DNA of 64,000 nucleotides, taken from assembly GCA_934133175.1 (NCBI GenBank), contig CAKPAX010000005.1, forward strand, positions 4,450 through 68,449. Reading direction: 5' to 3'. Both the position numbers and the translations under genes were made by a program. The stretch comes from an uncultured Clostridia bacterium (lineage in GTDB: Bacteria > Bacillota > Clostridia > TANB77 > CAG-508). Every line of letters starts with the position of its first letter. Within the stretch, counting starts at the first letter, position 1. The notes beneath the pieces are model-generated. The model ran no database searches. It had not been told where the DNA came from and saw only the letters and a list, made by a program, of their open reading frames with translations. This document shows positions 1 to 8,732 of this stretch, in pieces.

Positions 1-4
1 ATAA

Positions 5-33
5 GAAAAAACAGGATTAAGTCCTGCTTTTTC
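5..33 (-). terminator. intrinsic terminator 3' of dapA
   Basis: On the minus strand a GCAGGA/TCCTGT stem (loop cttaa) is followed by a T6 run, directly after the dapA stop at 48-50. Confidence 0.5.
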
Positions 34-47
34 TATACTAAATTTAT

Positions 48-926
48 TTAGTTTAGTTTATTAATTTCTTCTTTCAATTTTTCTTTACCTTTTTCAGACA
101 TAGGAACTAAAGGAAGTCTTGGAATTCCAAAATTATAACCTATTATATTTAATGCTTCTTTAACAGGAATAGGGTTTACTTCAGAAAATAGAGCTTTTAT
201 TAATGGAATTGACCTTAATTGTAATTCTTTAGCTTCATTTATTTTCCCTTGTAAAAATAGTTCAACCATATCATGTGTTAGTTTGGGCTTAATATTAGAT
301 AAAACAGAAATAACACCTTTTCCACCTAAAGATAAAACAGGTAGTATTTGGTCATCATTTCCAGAATATATAGTAAGGTTGTTACCGCAAAGATTAGCAA
401 TTTCGGCAACTTGTGAAAGATTTCCACTTGCTTCTTTAATTGCTACAATATTTTCAATTTTAGAAAGTTCTAAACAAGTTGTAGGTAATATGTTTAAACC
501 TGTTCTACTAGGTACATTATAAACAATTATTGGCAAAGATACTTCTTGTGCAATTGCTTTATAGTGTTCTATAAGTCCAGTTTGAGTAGTTTTGTTGTAG
601 TAAGGAGTAACAACAAGTAATCCATCTACTCCAAGTTCTTCTGCTATTTTTGACATTTTAATTGCAGAAGATGTGTTGTTACCTCCAGTTCCAGCAATTA
701 TAGGAACTCTATCATTAGATGTTTCAACAGCACATTTTATAGTTGCTATTTTTTCATCTTCAGTCATAGTAGATGCTTCACCAGTAGTTCCACATACTAT
801 AATTGCATCGACTCCTTCTTTAATTTGAAATTCAACTAATTTTTTGAATTCTTCTAAATTAACGCCATTTTCTGTAAATGGTGTTGCAATAGCTGTTCCA
901 CAGCCAGTAAATAAAATTTTTTTCAT
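48..926 (-). CDS. dapA: 4-hydroxy-tetrahydrodipicolinate synthase
   Basis: 292-aa ORF with DapA-type motifs VCGTTGEAS, YNVPSRTG and AIKEASG. An aaggagtg RBS lies upstream of the ATG at 926. Confidence 0.95.
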   Translation of the reverse strand: MKKILFTGCGTAIATPFTENGVNLEEFKKLVEFQIKEGVDAIIVCGTTGEASTMTEDEKIATIKCAVETSNDRVPIIAGTGGNNTSSAIKMSKIAEELGVDGLLVVTPYYNKTTQTGLIEHYKAIAQEVSLPIIVYNVPSRTGLNILPTTCLELSKIENIVAIKEASGNLSQVAEIANLCGNNLTIYSGNDDQILPVLSLGGKGVISVLSNIKPKLTHDMVELFLQGKINEAKELQLRSIPLIKALFSEVNPIPVKEALNIIGYNFGIPRLPLVPMSEKGKEKLKEEINKLN

Positions 927-1025
927 AAAATAATCACTCCTTAAAGAGTTTATAATAACAATATAAAATATAGTTATATTTTATATGTTATTCATTATAT
1001 TCTAAAAAAATGAAAAAATAAATAT

Positions 1026-2501
1026 TTATTTGAAAATATTATATAATTTAAAATTAAAATATGAAAAAGTAAAATAAATTAGTATATATAAAATTATTTG
1101 CAAATAAGTTTTGCTATTAAAAATAACAAATAATAGTATATAAGTTATAAACATTAATAATAAAGGTTTTACAATAAAATTATCAATATCAAATTTAAAA
1201 TCTGTACATTTTTTTAATTGTATAAAGCTAATAGAAAAATTAAGCAAAATACTAAAAAATGTTATTAAAATATAACCTTTAATTCCTAAAATAGGGAGTA
1301 AAATAAATATTCCTAAAATACTTGTAAATAAATCTATAATATTACATTTCATTACACCAACCTGTTTGTCTAATCCTTTTAAAATGTTATCAATTACATT
1401 GTCTAAGTACATTGGGATAATTAAAGGTGAGAGTATCATTAAATAAAAACCAATTCCTTCTTTTTTAAAAATAATATTACTTATTTCATTACCATAAAAA
1501 AGGAAAAGTCCCATAATTCCAATAGAAAATATAAATGTTAGTTTAAATACTTTAGAAATTACAACATTTATTGAATTATAAGATCTTTGATCATTGTAAT
1601 AAGAAAACTCTGGTAAAAGAAGTGTACTAAAAGATGATATTATTACACTTGGAAACATTAACACTGGTAATGCCATACCACTTATTAAACCATATTGAGA
1701 TAGAGAAGTTTCATAACTTAACCCACTTTTTTCTAATCGTATAGGAATTAATGCTTGTTTTAAAGTGGATAATATTGATTTTATATAAGAAGTTATAGAT
1801 ATTGGAATTGAGATTTTTAATATTGATTTTAAATAGTTTTCTTTTGTTCTAGTAAAATAGTATTTTTTTTCTTCATATATGTACAAAATTACACACAAAA
1901 TGCATGAACATATTTCACAAATCGTTTCACCCAAAACTAAAGCCAAACATATATTGTTTACATCACTTGAAAATAGTAAAGATAATATGTATACTGTTGA
2001 AAGTATTTTAATAATTTGTTCAAAAATTTTTGTAGATACATTTTTAATGTTTTTTCTTATAGCACAAAAATAGCCATTAATAGAAGAGGAAACAGATATA
2101 AATGGCAAACTTATTGCAACAATATAGAGTAATTTAAAAGAAATTTTATTATGTAAAAATAAATTTGAAATATATGGGGCTAATCCTATTAATATAATAC
2201 AAGATAATGTTCCAAAAAATAAGCTGTAACATATGCATCTTTTCATAACTTCTTTAGTGGAAGAATTATAATTTTCTGATTTTGCCTTAACAATTAATCT
2301 TGTTGTTGCAATGTTTATTCCAGAAGTTGCTAGTGTTATAAAAAACATATAAATAGCCATTACAATATTAAAAATACCTAATGTCTCACTTCCAATTTTG
2401 TTTGATATGTATATCATAAAATAAAAACCAACAGATTGCATTATTAATGAACTTAATGTAATAACAATTCCATTCATGATAACCATTTTAAATTTTCGCA
2501 T
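1026..2501 (-). CDS. MOP-superfamily flippase, SpoVB-like (stage V sporulation protein B / polysaccharide biosynthesis family)
   Basis: Polytopic membrane ORF. The N-terminus MRKFKMVIMNGIVITLSSLIMQSVGFYFMIYISNKIGSETLGIFN resembles SpoVB/MurJ-type N-termini. The start is placed at the internal ATG (2499-2501), because the 65 codons upstream run through a noncoding repeat and hairpin. Confidence 0.7.
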   Translation of the reverse strand: MRKFKMVIMNGIVITLSSLIMQSVGFYFMIYISNKIGSETLGIFNIVMAIYMFFITLATSGINIATTRLIVKAKSENYNSSTKEVMKRCICYSLFFGTLSCIILIGLAPYISNLFLHNKISFKLLYIVAISLPFISVSSSINGYFCAIRKNIKNVSTKIFEQIIKILSTVYILSLLFSSDVNNICLALVLGETICEICSCILCVILYIYEEKKYYFTRTKENYLKSILKISIPISITSYIKSILSTLKQALIPIRLEKSGLSYETSLSQYGLISGMALPVLMFPSVIISSFSTLLLPEFSYYNDQRSYNSINVVISKVFKLTFIFSIGIMGLFLFYGNEISNIIFKKEGIGFYLMILSPLIIPMYLDNVIDNILKGLDKQVGVMKCNIIDLFTSILGIFILLPILGIKGYILITFFSILLNFSISFIQLKKCTDFKFDIDNFIVKPLLLMFITYILLFVIFNSKTYLQIILYILIYFTFSYFNFKLYNIFK

Positions 2502-2589
2502 TATATCACCTATATAAGTATATTGGAAATATTTAAAGTAATGATATAAATTTAAAGATAAAAAAGATGAATGGTAAAAGAGTTTAATA

Positions 2590-2624
2590 CAAATTAAAGC
2601 AGGAATATTTCCTGCTTTAATTTG
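2590..2624 (-). terminator. perfect 16-bp hairpin abutting the repeat element; possible asd terminator
   Basis: caaattaaagcaggaa-tat-ttcctgctttaatttg forms a perfect 16-bp stem. The downstream U tract is weak on either strand. Confidence 0.4.
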
Positions 2625-2767
2625 TATTATAGGAAAGTTCTCCGAACTTCCTATAATATAAATATATTGCACAGAAATTTGCTTTGCAAATTTCACGCAC
2701 GAACAAAGACGCGGACTTCAAAATGTTTTAATAAGTACAAAAGTTATTAATGTCCGCTTTTGTTCTA
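2625..2767. repeat. 143-nt structured repeat element, copy 1
   Basis: 142 of 143 nt identical to 16794-16936; the only mismatch is 2642 c versus 16811 t, and it falls in a hairpin loop. It contains three hairpins: ATAGGAAAGTTC/GAACTTCCTAT, GAAATTTGC-ttt-GCAAATTTC, and GAACAAAGACGCGGAC...GTCCGCTTTTGTTC. An internal TATAAT lies at 2652-2657. Confidence 0.9.
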
Positions 2768-3749
2768 GTAATTTTTCTACAATTTGAATAGCATTACTTG
2801 CAGCACCTTTTCTAATATTATCAGCCACTACCCATAGATTCAAACCATTTTCAATACTATAATCTCTTCTAATTCTTCCAACAAAAACTTCATCATGACC
2901 AGTTGCATTAGTTGCAAGTGGATATATATCATTTTTTACATCATCAACTACAACAATACCAGGGGAATTTTTTAATAGATTTATTACATCATTAATATCA
3001 AAACTTTTTTCGAATTCTATGTTAATAGATTCGCTATGTGAATTAATAACAGGAACTCTAACTGTTGTCGCAGTTATTTTTAAGTCGGGTTTTCCTAAAA
3101 TTTTTCTAGTCTCATTTATCATTTTATGTTCTTCTTTTGTGTATCCATCATCTAAAAATACATCTATATGTGGTAAACAATTATTATAAATAGGATGAGA
3201 AAACTTTTGAGGAGGTAATCCTTTTTGACCATTTTCTAAATCCTCAATTCCATATCTTCCAGCACCAGAAACAGCCTGATAAGTAGAATAAACTATTCTT
3301 TTTATATTATATTTATCATCAAGAGGTTTTAAGGGAACAACAGCTTGAATTGTAGAACAATTTGGATTTGCTATAATTCCATGATTTTCGTAAATTTTTT
3401 CTGGGTTAACCTCAGGTACTACTAGGGGAACATTTTCATCCATTCTAAAAGCACTACTATTATCTACCACAATGCATCCTTTTGAAGCTGCAATAGGTGA
3501 ATATTTTTTAGATGTATCTCCACCAGCAGAAAATATTGCAAAATCAAATCCTTCATCAAAAGATGATTCAGTTAATTCTTTTGTTATATATTCTTTTCCT
3601 AAAAAATTAATCTTTGTTCCAGCTGATTTTTTAGAACAAAATAGAGTATACTCGAAATTAGGAAAGTTTTTTTCTTCTAAAACTTTTAATGCAGTTCTAC
3701 CAACCAATCCAGTGGCACCAACAATTGCTAATTTATATGTTTTACTCAT
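2718..3749 (-). CDS. asd: aspartate-semialdehyde dehydrogenase
   Basis: 343-aa ORF. N-terminal Rossmann motif AIVGATGLVGR, active-site region IIANPNCSTI, and C-terminal NIRKGAASNAIQIVEKL, all typical of Asd. The last ~15 codons and the stop lie inside repeat copy 1. Confidence 0.93.
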   Translation of the reverse strand: MSKTYKLAIVGATGLVGRTALKVLEEKNFPNFEYTLFCSKKSAGTKINFLGKEYITKELTESSFDEGFDFAIFSAGGDTSKKYSPIAASKGCIVVDNSSAFRMDENVPLVVPEVNPEKIYENHGIIANPNCSTIQAVVPLKPLDDKYNIKRIVYSTYQAVSGAGRYGIEDLENGQKGLPPQKFSHPIYNNCLPHIDVFLDDGYTKEEHKMINETRKILGKPDLKITATTVRVPVINSHSESINIEFEKSFDINDVINLLKNSPGIVVVDDVKNDIYPLATNATGHDEVFVGRIRRDYSIENGLNLWVVADNIRKGAASNAIQIVEKLLEQKRTLITFVLIKTF

Positions 3750-4000
3750 AAGAACACCTCTTTAAAATTTTTCTATATTATATTCTATATATGTGAAAAA
3801 TGTCTATAAGTTGATAAAAAATAAAATAAATAAATTTCTTTAAAAGTAATTCTTTAAAATTTCTTACGGAAATAACGAGAAAAAAGAAGAAAAATTTGTT
3901 AAAAAAGTTGCAAAAAAATTTTAATGATAGTATAATATAAAAGGTGGCAAAATAACATATAAAAAGAAAAGGTTATTTTATAAAAAAGAGAGGTAAAAAA

Positions 4001-5245
4001 ATGGAATATTTATATATACTAAGAGAAGCTTTAGTATGGACTGTAACAATATTTTGGTTATATCAATTAATGGTTAGCTTATGCTCATTAGTTAAATTAA
4101 AAGACAAACCACTATTAGTAAATAAAGATCACAGATTTATGGCTATAATACCAGCACATAATGAAGAAGCTGTTGTAGCAAATTTAGTAGAAAGTTTAAA
4201 AAATCAAACATATAATAAAGATTTATATGACATATATGTAATAGCAGATAACTGTACAGATAATACTGCAAAAGTTGCAAAAGAAGCAGGGGCAATAGTA
4301 TATGAAAGATTTGATACAGTTAATAAAACAAAAGGTTATGCTTTAAATTGGTTTTTAGCACAAAAAATTAAAGAAGATGCTCCATATGATGCATTCTTTA
4401 TATTTGATGCAGACAATATAGTAGATAAAAACTTTATAAAAAATATGAATAAAAAATTATGCCAAGGTGAAGACGTAGTTCAAGGATATAGAGATATAAA
4501 AAATCCAACAGATAGTTGGGTAACAGCAGGATATGCATTATTCTACTGGACAATGCATAGATTTTATCATTTAGCAAGATATAATTTAGGATTATCACCA
4601 TTATTAAATGGAACAGGATTTATGGTAAGATTTGATGTTGTAAAACCAAATGGATGGGATACAGAAACATTAACAGAAGATATAGAATTTTCTTTAAAAA
4701 GAATAATAAAAGGTAAAAAACTAGGTTGGGCAACAGATGCAATAGTATATGATGAACAACCAGTAGGATTTAAACAATCTTGGTCACAAAGAAGTAGATG
4801 GACAGTTGGACACATTCAATGTATTGGTCGTTACACAAAGGATTTAGCATTAGCAGTTAAAGAACATAAAACTTTAATGAACTTTGATGGACTTTTATAT
4901 ATTGTAGGAAGTATTCCAATGTTTATAATTTCACTTTTATTAGTTGCAACAAACTTCTTTATGTATGCTGGAGATGCAATGACAGGGTCAGAATTAATAT
5001 ATAATATATTAATGTATTTAATACCAACATTTTTAGCACCAGTTGCAACTGCTGTATTAATAATGTTGTTAGATAAAAGACCTATTAAACCAATGCTTAA
5101 AGGATTACTTTGTTATCCAATGTTTATAGGTTCATGGTTATTAATAAACTTCAAATGCTTATTTAAAAGAGAAACAACATGGGAGAAAATTAACCATGTT
5201 AGAAGTATAAAAATAGCAGAAGTTAATGATGTAGTAGAAAAATAA
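4001..5245 (+). CDS. membrane-bound family 2 glycosyltransferase (processive PgaC/IcaA/cellulose-synthase-like type)
   Basis: 414 aa with GT2 motifs IIPAHNEE and FDADN, and a QRSRW motif (SWSQRSRWTVG). TM helices flank the catalytic domain. A TTGCAA-17-TATAAT promoter lies upstream. Confidence 0.8.
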   Translation: MEYLYILREALVWTVTIFWLYQLMVSLCSLVKLKDKPLLVNKDHRFMAIIPAHNEEAVVANLVESLKNQTYNKDLYDIYVIADNCTDNTAKVAKEAGAIVYERFDTVNKTKGYALNWFLAQKIKEDAPYDAFFIFDADNIVDKNFIKNMNKKLCQGEDVVQGYRDIKNPTDSWVTAGYALFYWTMHRFYHLARYNLGLSPLLNGTGFMVRFDVVKPNGWDTETLTEDIEFSLKRIIKGKKLGWATDAIVYDEQPVGFKQSWSQRSRWTVGHIQCIGRYTKDLALAVKEHKTLMNFDGLLYIVGSIPMFIISLLLVATNFFMYAGDAMTGSELIYNILMYLIPTFLAPVATAVLIMLLDKRPIKPMLKGLLCYPMFIGSWLLINFKCLFKRETTWEKINHVRSIKIAEVNDVVEK

Positions 5246-5251
5246 TAATAG

Positions 5252-5290
5252 AAAACAATGTACAATTAGAGTGTGCATTGTTTTTTTTAT
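5252..5290 (+). terminator. intrinsic terminator after the GT2 gene
   Basis: An aaacaatgtaca / tgtgcattgttt stem is followed by a T8 run. Confidence 0.7.
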
Positions 5291-5370
5291 TAAAAATAGT
5301 TATTATATTAATTTGCATAAATAAAAAACTTGATATATAATATTAAAGAAATTTATTATAGGAGAAAGAT

Positions 5371-6237
5371 ATGCTATTAGATACATTGAATACAAAAAAG
5401 ATAAAAGTATATGCGTTTGTAGGTCCATCAGGGACTGGAAAAAGTTATAGAGCACAAATGGTTGCAAGTGAAAAAGGTGTTAATTTTATAATAGATGATG
5501 GTTTATTAATAAAAGATAATGAAGTTATAGCTGGAGAGTCTGCAAAAAAAGCGGCAACAAAAATAGAAACAGTAAAACATGCGTTGTTTTTAAATGAAAA
5601 AGAACAAGAAGAAATGCATAAAGCATTTAGAAAATATAAGCCAAGCAGTATTTTAATTTTAGGTACATCAGATGGAATGGTAGAAAAAATCGCAAAAAAT
5701 TTAGGATTACCAAATGTTTCCGAAACTGTTTATATAAGTGATGTTGCAACAGAACAAGAAATGCAAACAGCACGAAGAATTAGAGTTACAGAAGGAAAAC
5801 ACGTTATACCAGTTCCAACATTTGAAATAAAAAAAGATTTTTCAGGATATTTATTAGATCCATTACAAATATTTAAGTCAAAGGGAAAAGGAGAAAAACC
5901 ATATATATCAGAAAAATCAATAATAAGACCAACATTCAGTTACTTAGGAAATTTTACAATTTCTGATATAGTATTTAGACAAATCGCAGAAGTTTTAGCA
6001 TCAAAAGAACCTGCAATATATAAAGTCTTGAAAACAAGAGTAGATAAATCTGTAGAAGGACCAATTATTTATATGGAAGTAATGGTTACATATGGATATA
6101 ATGTTATAGATGCTTTAAAACAATTTAAAAATGAGGCAAAAAGAGAAATAGAAAATTTAACAGCAATGAATGTTGTTTCATTAGAAGTTGTAGCAAAAAG
6201 TGTTTATATACCAGAAGAAAATAAGGAGGAATTATAA
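5371..6237 (+). CDS. uncharacterised P-loop NTPase fused to an Asp23/Gls24-like C-terminal domain
   Basis: 288 aa. Walker A motif GPSGTGKS near the N-terminus. The C-terminal ~100 aa (ISDIVFRQIAEV...VMVTYGYNVIDALKQFKNEAKREIENLTAMNVVSLEVVAKSVY) look like the alkaline-shock Asp23 fold. The stop overlaps the cmk start (TAATG). Confidence 0.6.
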   Translation: MLLDTLNTKKIKVYAFVGPSGTGKSYRAQMVASEKGVNFIIDDGLLIKDNEVIAGESAKKAATKIETVKHALFLNEKEQEEMHKAFRKYKPSSILILGTSDGMVEKIAKNLGLPNVSETVYISDVATEQEMQTARRIRVTEGKHVIPVPTFEIKKDFSGYLLDPLQIFKSKGKGEKPYISEKSIIRPTFSYLGNFTISDIVFRQIAEVLASKEPAIYKVLKTRVDKSVEGPIIYMEVMVTYGYNVIDALKQFKNEAKREIENLTAMNVVSLEVVAKSVYIPEENKEEL

Positions 6238-6902
6238 TGTCATTTGTAGTAGCAATAGATGGACCATCAGGAAGTGGAAAAGGAACAGTAACAAAGTTAG
6301 TAGGAGAAAAATTAAAATTAATTAATATAGATACAGGTGCAACATTTAGATGTGTTGCGTTAGATATGTTAAATAAAAATATAGAATTAAGTGAAGAAGA
6401 TAAAATTATTGAATTATTAAATAATATAAAAATAGAATTAATAAAAGAAAATGGAGAACAAAAAGTATTTTTAAATGGTGAAGATGTAACTTTAGAAATA
6501 AGAACAAAAAGAGTTACAGATTTTGTATCTCCTGTTTCAAGATTACCAATAGTTAGACAAAATTTATTAAACTTACAAAGAAAAATGGCAGAAGGTAAAG
6601 ATGTGATAATGGAAGGTAGAGATATTGGAACAACTGTATTTCCTAATGCAAATGTAAAAATATATTTAGATGCAAGTGCAGAAGAAAGAGCTAGAAGAAG
6701 AACAAAGCAAAACGAAGAAAATAATTTGCCATCAGATTATGAAGAAATATTAAAAAGTATAAAATCAAGAGATGAACAAGATAGAACAAGAGAAATATCT
6801 CCATTAAAACAAGCTGAGGATGCTGTTTATATTGATTCAAGTGATATGACAATAGAAGAAGTTGTTAATAAAATTATAGAAATAATAGAAAAAAATAGAT
6901 AA
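6237..6902 (+). CDS. cmk: cytidylate kinase
   Basis: 221 aa. The N-terminus VVAIDGPSGSGKGTV and overall layout are typical of Cmk. Confidence 0.93.
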   Translation: MSFVVAIDGPSGSGKGTVTKLVGEKLKLINIDTGATFRCVALDMLNKNIELSEEDKIIELLNNIKIELIKENGEQKVFLNGEDVTLEIRTKRVTDFVSPVSRLPIVRQNLLNLQRKMAEGKDVIMEGRDIGTTVFPNANVKIYLDASAEERARRRTKQNEENNLPSDYEEILKSIKSRDEQDRTREISPLKQAEDAVYIDSSDMTIEEVVNKIIEIIEKNR

Positions 6903-6924
6903 TAAAATTAAATAAGAGGTAAAT

Positions 6925-7521
6925 ATGAAAGATTTTTTTAGAAATATATTGAAGGCAATAGTAAAAGGTGCTATATATGCATATTGTAAAATAGTATATA
7001 GAATGAAAATTATAGGTAAAGAAAACATACCAAAGGAAGGACCACTTATAATTTGTGGAAATCATAGAAGTTTTTTGGATCCACCATTAATAGAAGTAAC
7101 ATGTGGAAGAGATGCTAGATTTTTAGCAAAAGAAGAATTAACCAAAAGCAAATTTCTTGCGTTTTTAGGTTTTGTATTTGATGTTATATTAGTAAGAAGA
7201 GATTCTAAAGAAGTAAAAGCATTAAAAGATTCGTTACAAACATTAAAAGACGGAAAATGTTTAGCACTTTTTCCAGAAGGAACAAGAAATGGATTAGCAA
7301 AGGGAGAAAAAGTGAAAGATGGAGCTGCATTTTTTGCTGTTAGAACAGGAGTTAAAGTACTTCCAGTAGGAATAAGTGGAGGAGAAAAACCATTTAAAAA
7401 AGTATATATAAAATATGGTAAAACATTAGATTTTAGTGAATATAAAAATTCAAAAGATAAAGAAACTTTAGATAAAATTACAGAAGAGATTATGAGTAGT
7501 ATATTAAGTTTGACAAAATAG
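6925..7521 (+). CDS. plsC: 1-acyl-sn-glycerol-3-phosphate acyltransferase
   Basis: 198 aa with acyltransferase motifs NHRSFLDP and FPEGTRN. Confidence 0.88.
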   Translation: MKDFFRNILKAIVKGAIYAYCKIVYRMKIIGKENIPKEGPLIICGNHRSFLDPPLIEVTCGRDARFLAKEELTKSKFLAFLGFVFDVILVRRDSKEVKALKDSLQTLKDGKCLALFPEGTRNGLAKGEKVKDGAAFFAVRTGVKVLPVGISGGEKPFKKVYIKYGKTLDFSEYKNSKDKETLDKITEEIMSSILSLTK

Positions 7522-7609
7522 TAAAAAAGGTGTATAATTTTAATGTTTTAAAGGGCTAGACGTTTTTCAATATGAAAAGCGTCTTGATTAATGATAAGTA
7601 GGTGAAAAT

Positions 7610-8719
7610 ATGGAAGAAAATTTTGAAGAATTATTTAATAATTCTGTAAAAGATGTTAAATTAGGAAAAATTGTCACAGGAAAAGTAATAGATATAACAA
7701 GTAAAAATGAGATAATAGTTGATTTAGGATATAAGGCAGACGGAATAATACCTTACCAAGAATATTCTTTTGAAGAAGGTAAAGATCCTAGAGATGAATT
7801 TAAAATAGGGGATGAAATTACTGCTGATGTTTTAAAAATGAATGATGGTCTAGGAAATGTTTTATTATCATATAAAAAGATAAAATCAAGATTAGCAAGA
7901 GAAGAATTAGAAAAGAAAATAGATAACAAAGAAATTTTTAAAGAAAAAGTTATAGAAGTTAATAATAATGGACTTATAACAGACTATAAAGGAATTAGAA
8001 TATTTATTCCAATGTCATTATCAGGAATTTCTAAAAATGAAGACATAAATGAATATAAAGGAAAAGAAGTTGAATTTTTAATAATTGAATATGATTTAAA
8101 AAATAGAAAAGTTATAGGTTCAATAAAAGAAATTAAAGATCAAGAAAAGAAAAAAGTAGAAAATGAATTTTGGCAAAGTGTGGAACTTGGAAAAGAATAT
8201 AAAGGAACAGTTAAAAGCATAAGCTCTTATGGAGCATTTGTTGAAATTGAAAATGGAATTCAAGGTTTACTTCATGTTTCTGAACTTTCTTGGGAAAGAA
8301 ATGCAGATGTTCATGATATTTTAAAAGAAGGACAAAAAATACAAGTAACAATAAAAGAATTAGATAGAGAAAATAAAAGAATAAAATTATCTTCTAACTT
8401 AAAGGGAGAAGATCCATGGGAGATTGTAAAAGAAAAATATAATATTAATGATATTGTTGAAGTAAAAGTTGTTAAATTTATGCAATTTGGAGCTTTTGCA
8501 GAACTAGAACCAGGAATTGAAGGATTAATTCACATATCACAAATATCAGAAGAAAGAATAGCTAAACCAGAAGATAAATTACATATTGGACAAATATTAA
8601 ATGCTAAAATAATAGATATTGATACAGAAAATAAAAAAATAGGGTTATCTATTAAAGAATTAGAAGGAACAAGCTATGATCCAGAATACGCTGAAGAAAT
8701 AGCAAAATCAAATAAATAA
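7610..8719 (+). CDS. rpsA: 30S ribosomal protein S1 (four S1 domains)
   Basis: 369 aa with repeated S1 OB-fold modules (e.g. GTVKSISSYGAFVEIENGIQGLLHVSELS and VKVVKFMQFGAFAELEPGIEGLIHISQIS). The cmk-plsC-rpsA context fits. Confidence 0.88.
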   Translation: MEENFEELFNNSVKDVKLGKIVTGKVIDITSKNEIIVDLGYKADGIIPYQEYSFEEGKDPRDEFKIGDEITADVLKMNDGLGNVLLSYKKIKSRLAREELEKKIDNKEIFKEKVIEVNNNGLITDYKGIRIFIPMSLSGISKNEDINEYKGKEVEFLIIEYDLKNRKVIGSIKEIKDQEKKKVENEFWQSVELGKEYKGTVKSISSYGAFVEIENGIQGLLHVSELSWERNADVHDILKEGQKIQVTIKELDRENKRIKLSSNLKGEDPWEIVKEKYNINDIVEVKVVKFMQFGAFAELEPGIEGLIHISQISEERIAKPEDKLHIGQILNAKIIDIDTENKKIGLSIKELEGTSYDPEYAEEIAKSNK

Positions 8720-8732
8720 AGGAGTAATAAAA

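Noticed and set aside
2502-2696. 65-codon N-terminal extension of the SpoVB-like ORF
   Set aside because: The extension reads through the perfect 16-bp hairpin and into the repeat element. The same repeat DNA is intergenic at its second locus. An internal ATG at 2501 gives a normal flippase N-terminus.
3750-4000. Lysine (L-box) riboswitch upstream of asd, or near dapA at 927-1025
   Set aside because: Both upstream regions are plain AT-rich DNA without the conserved L-box helices or AGAGGCGC-type motifs.
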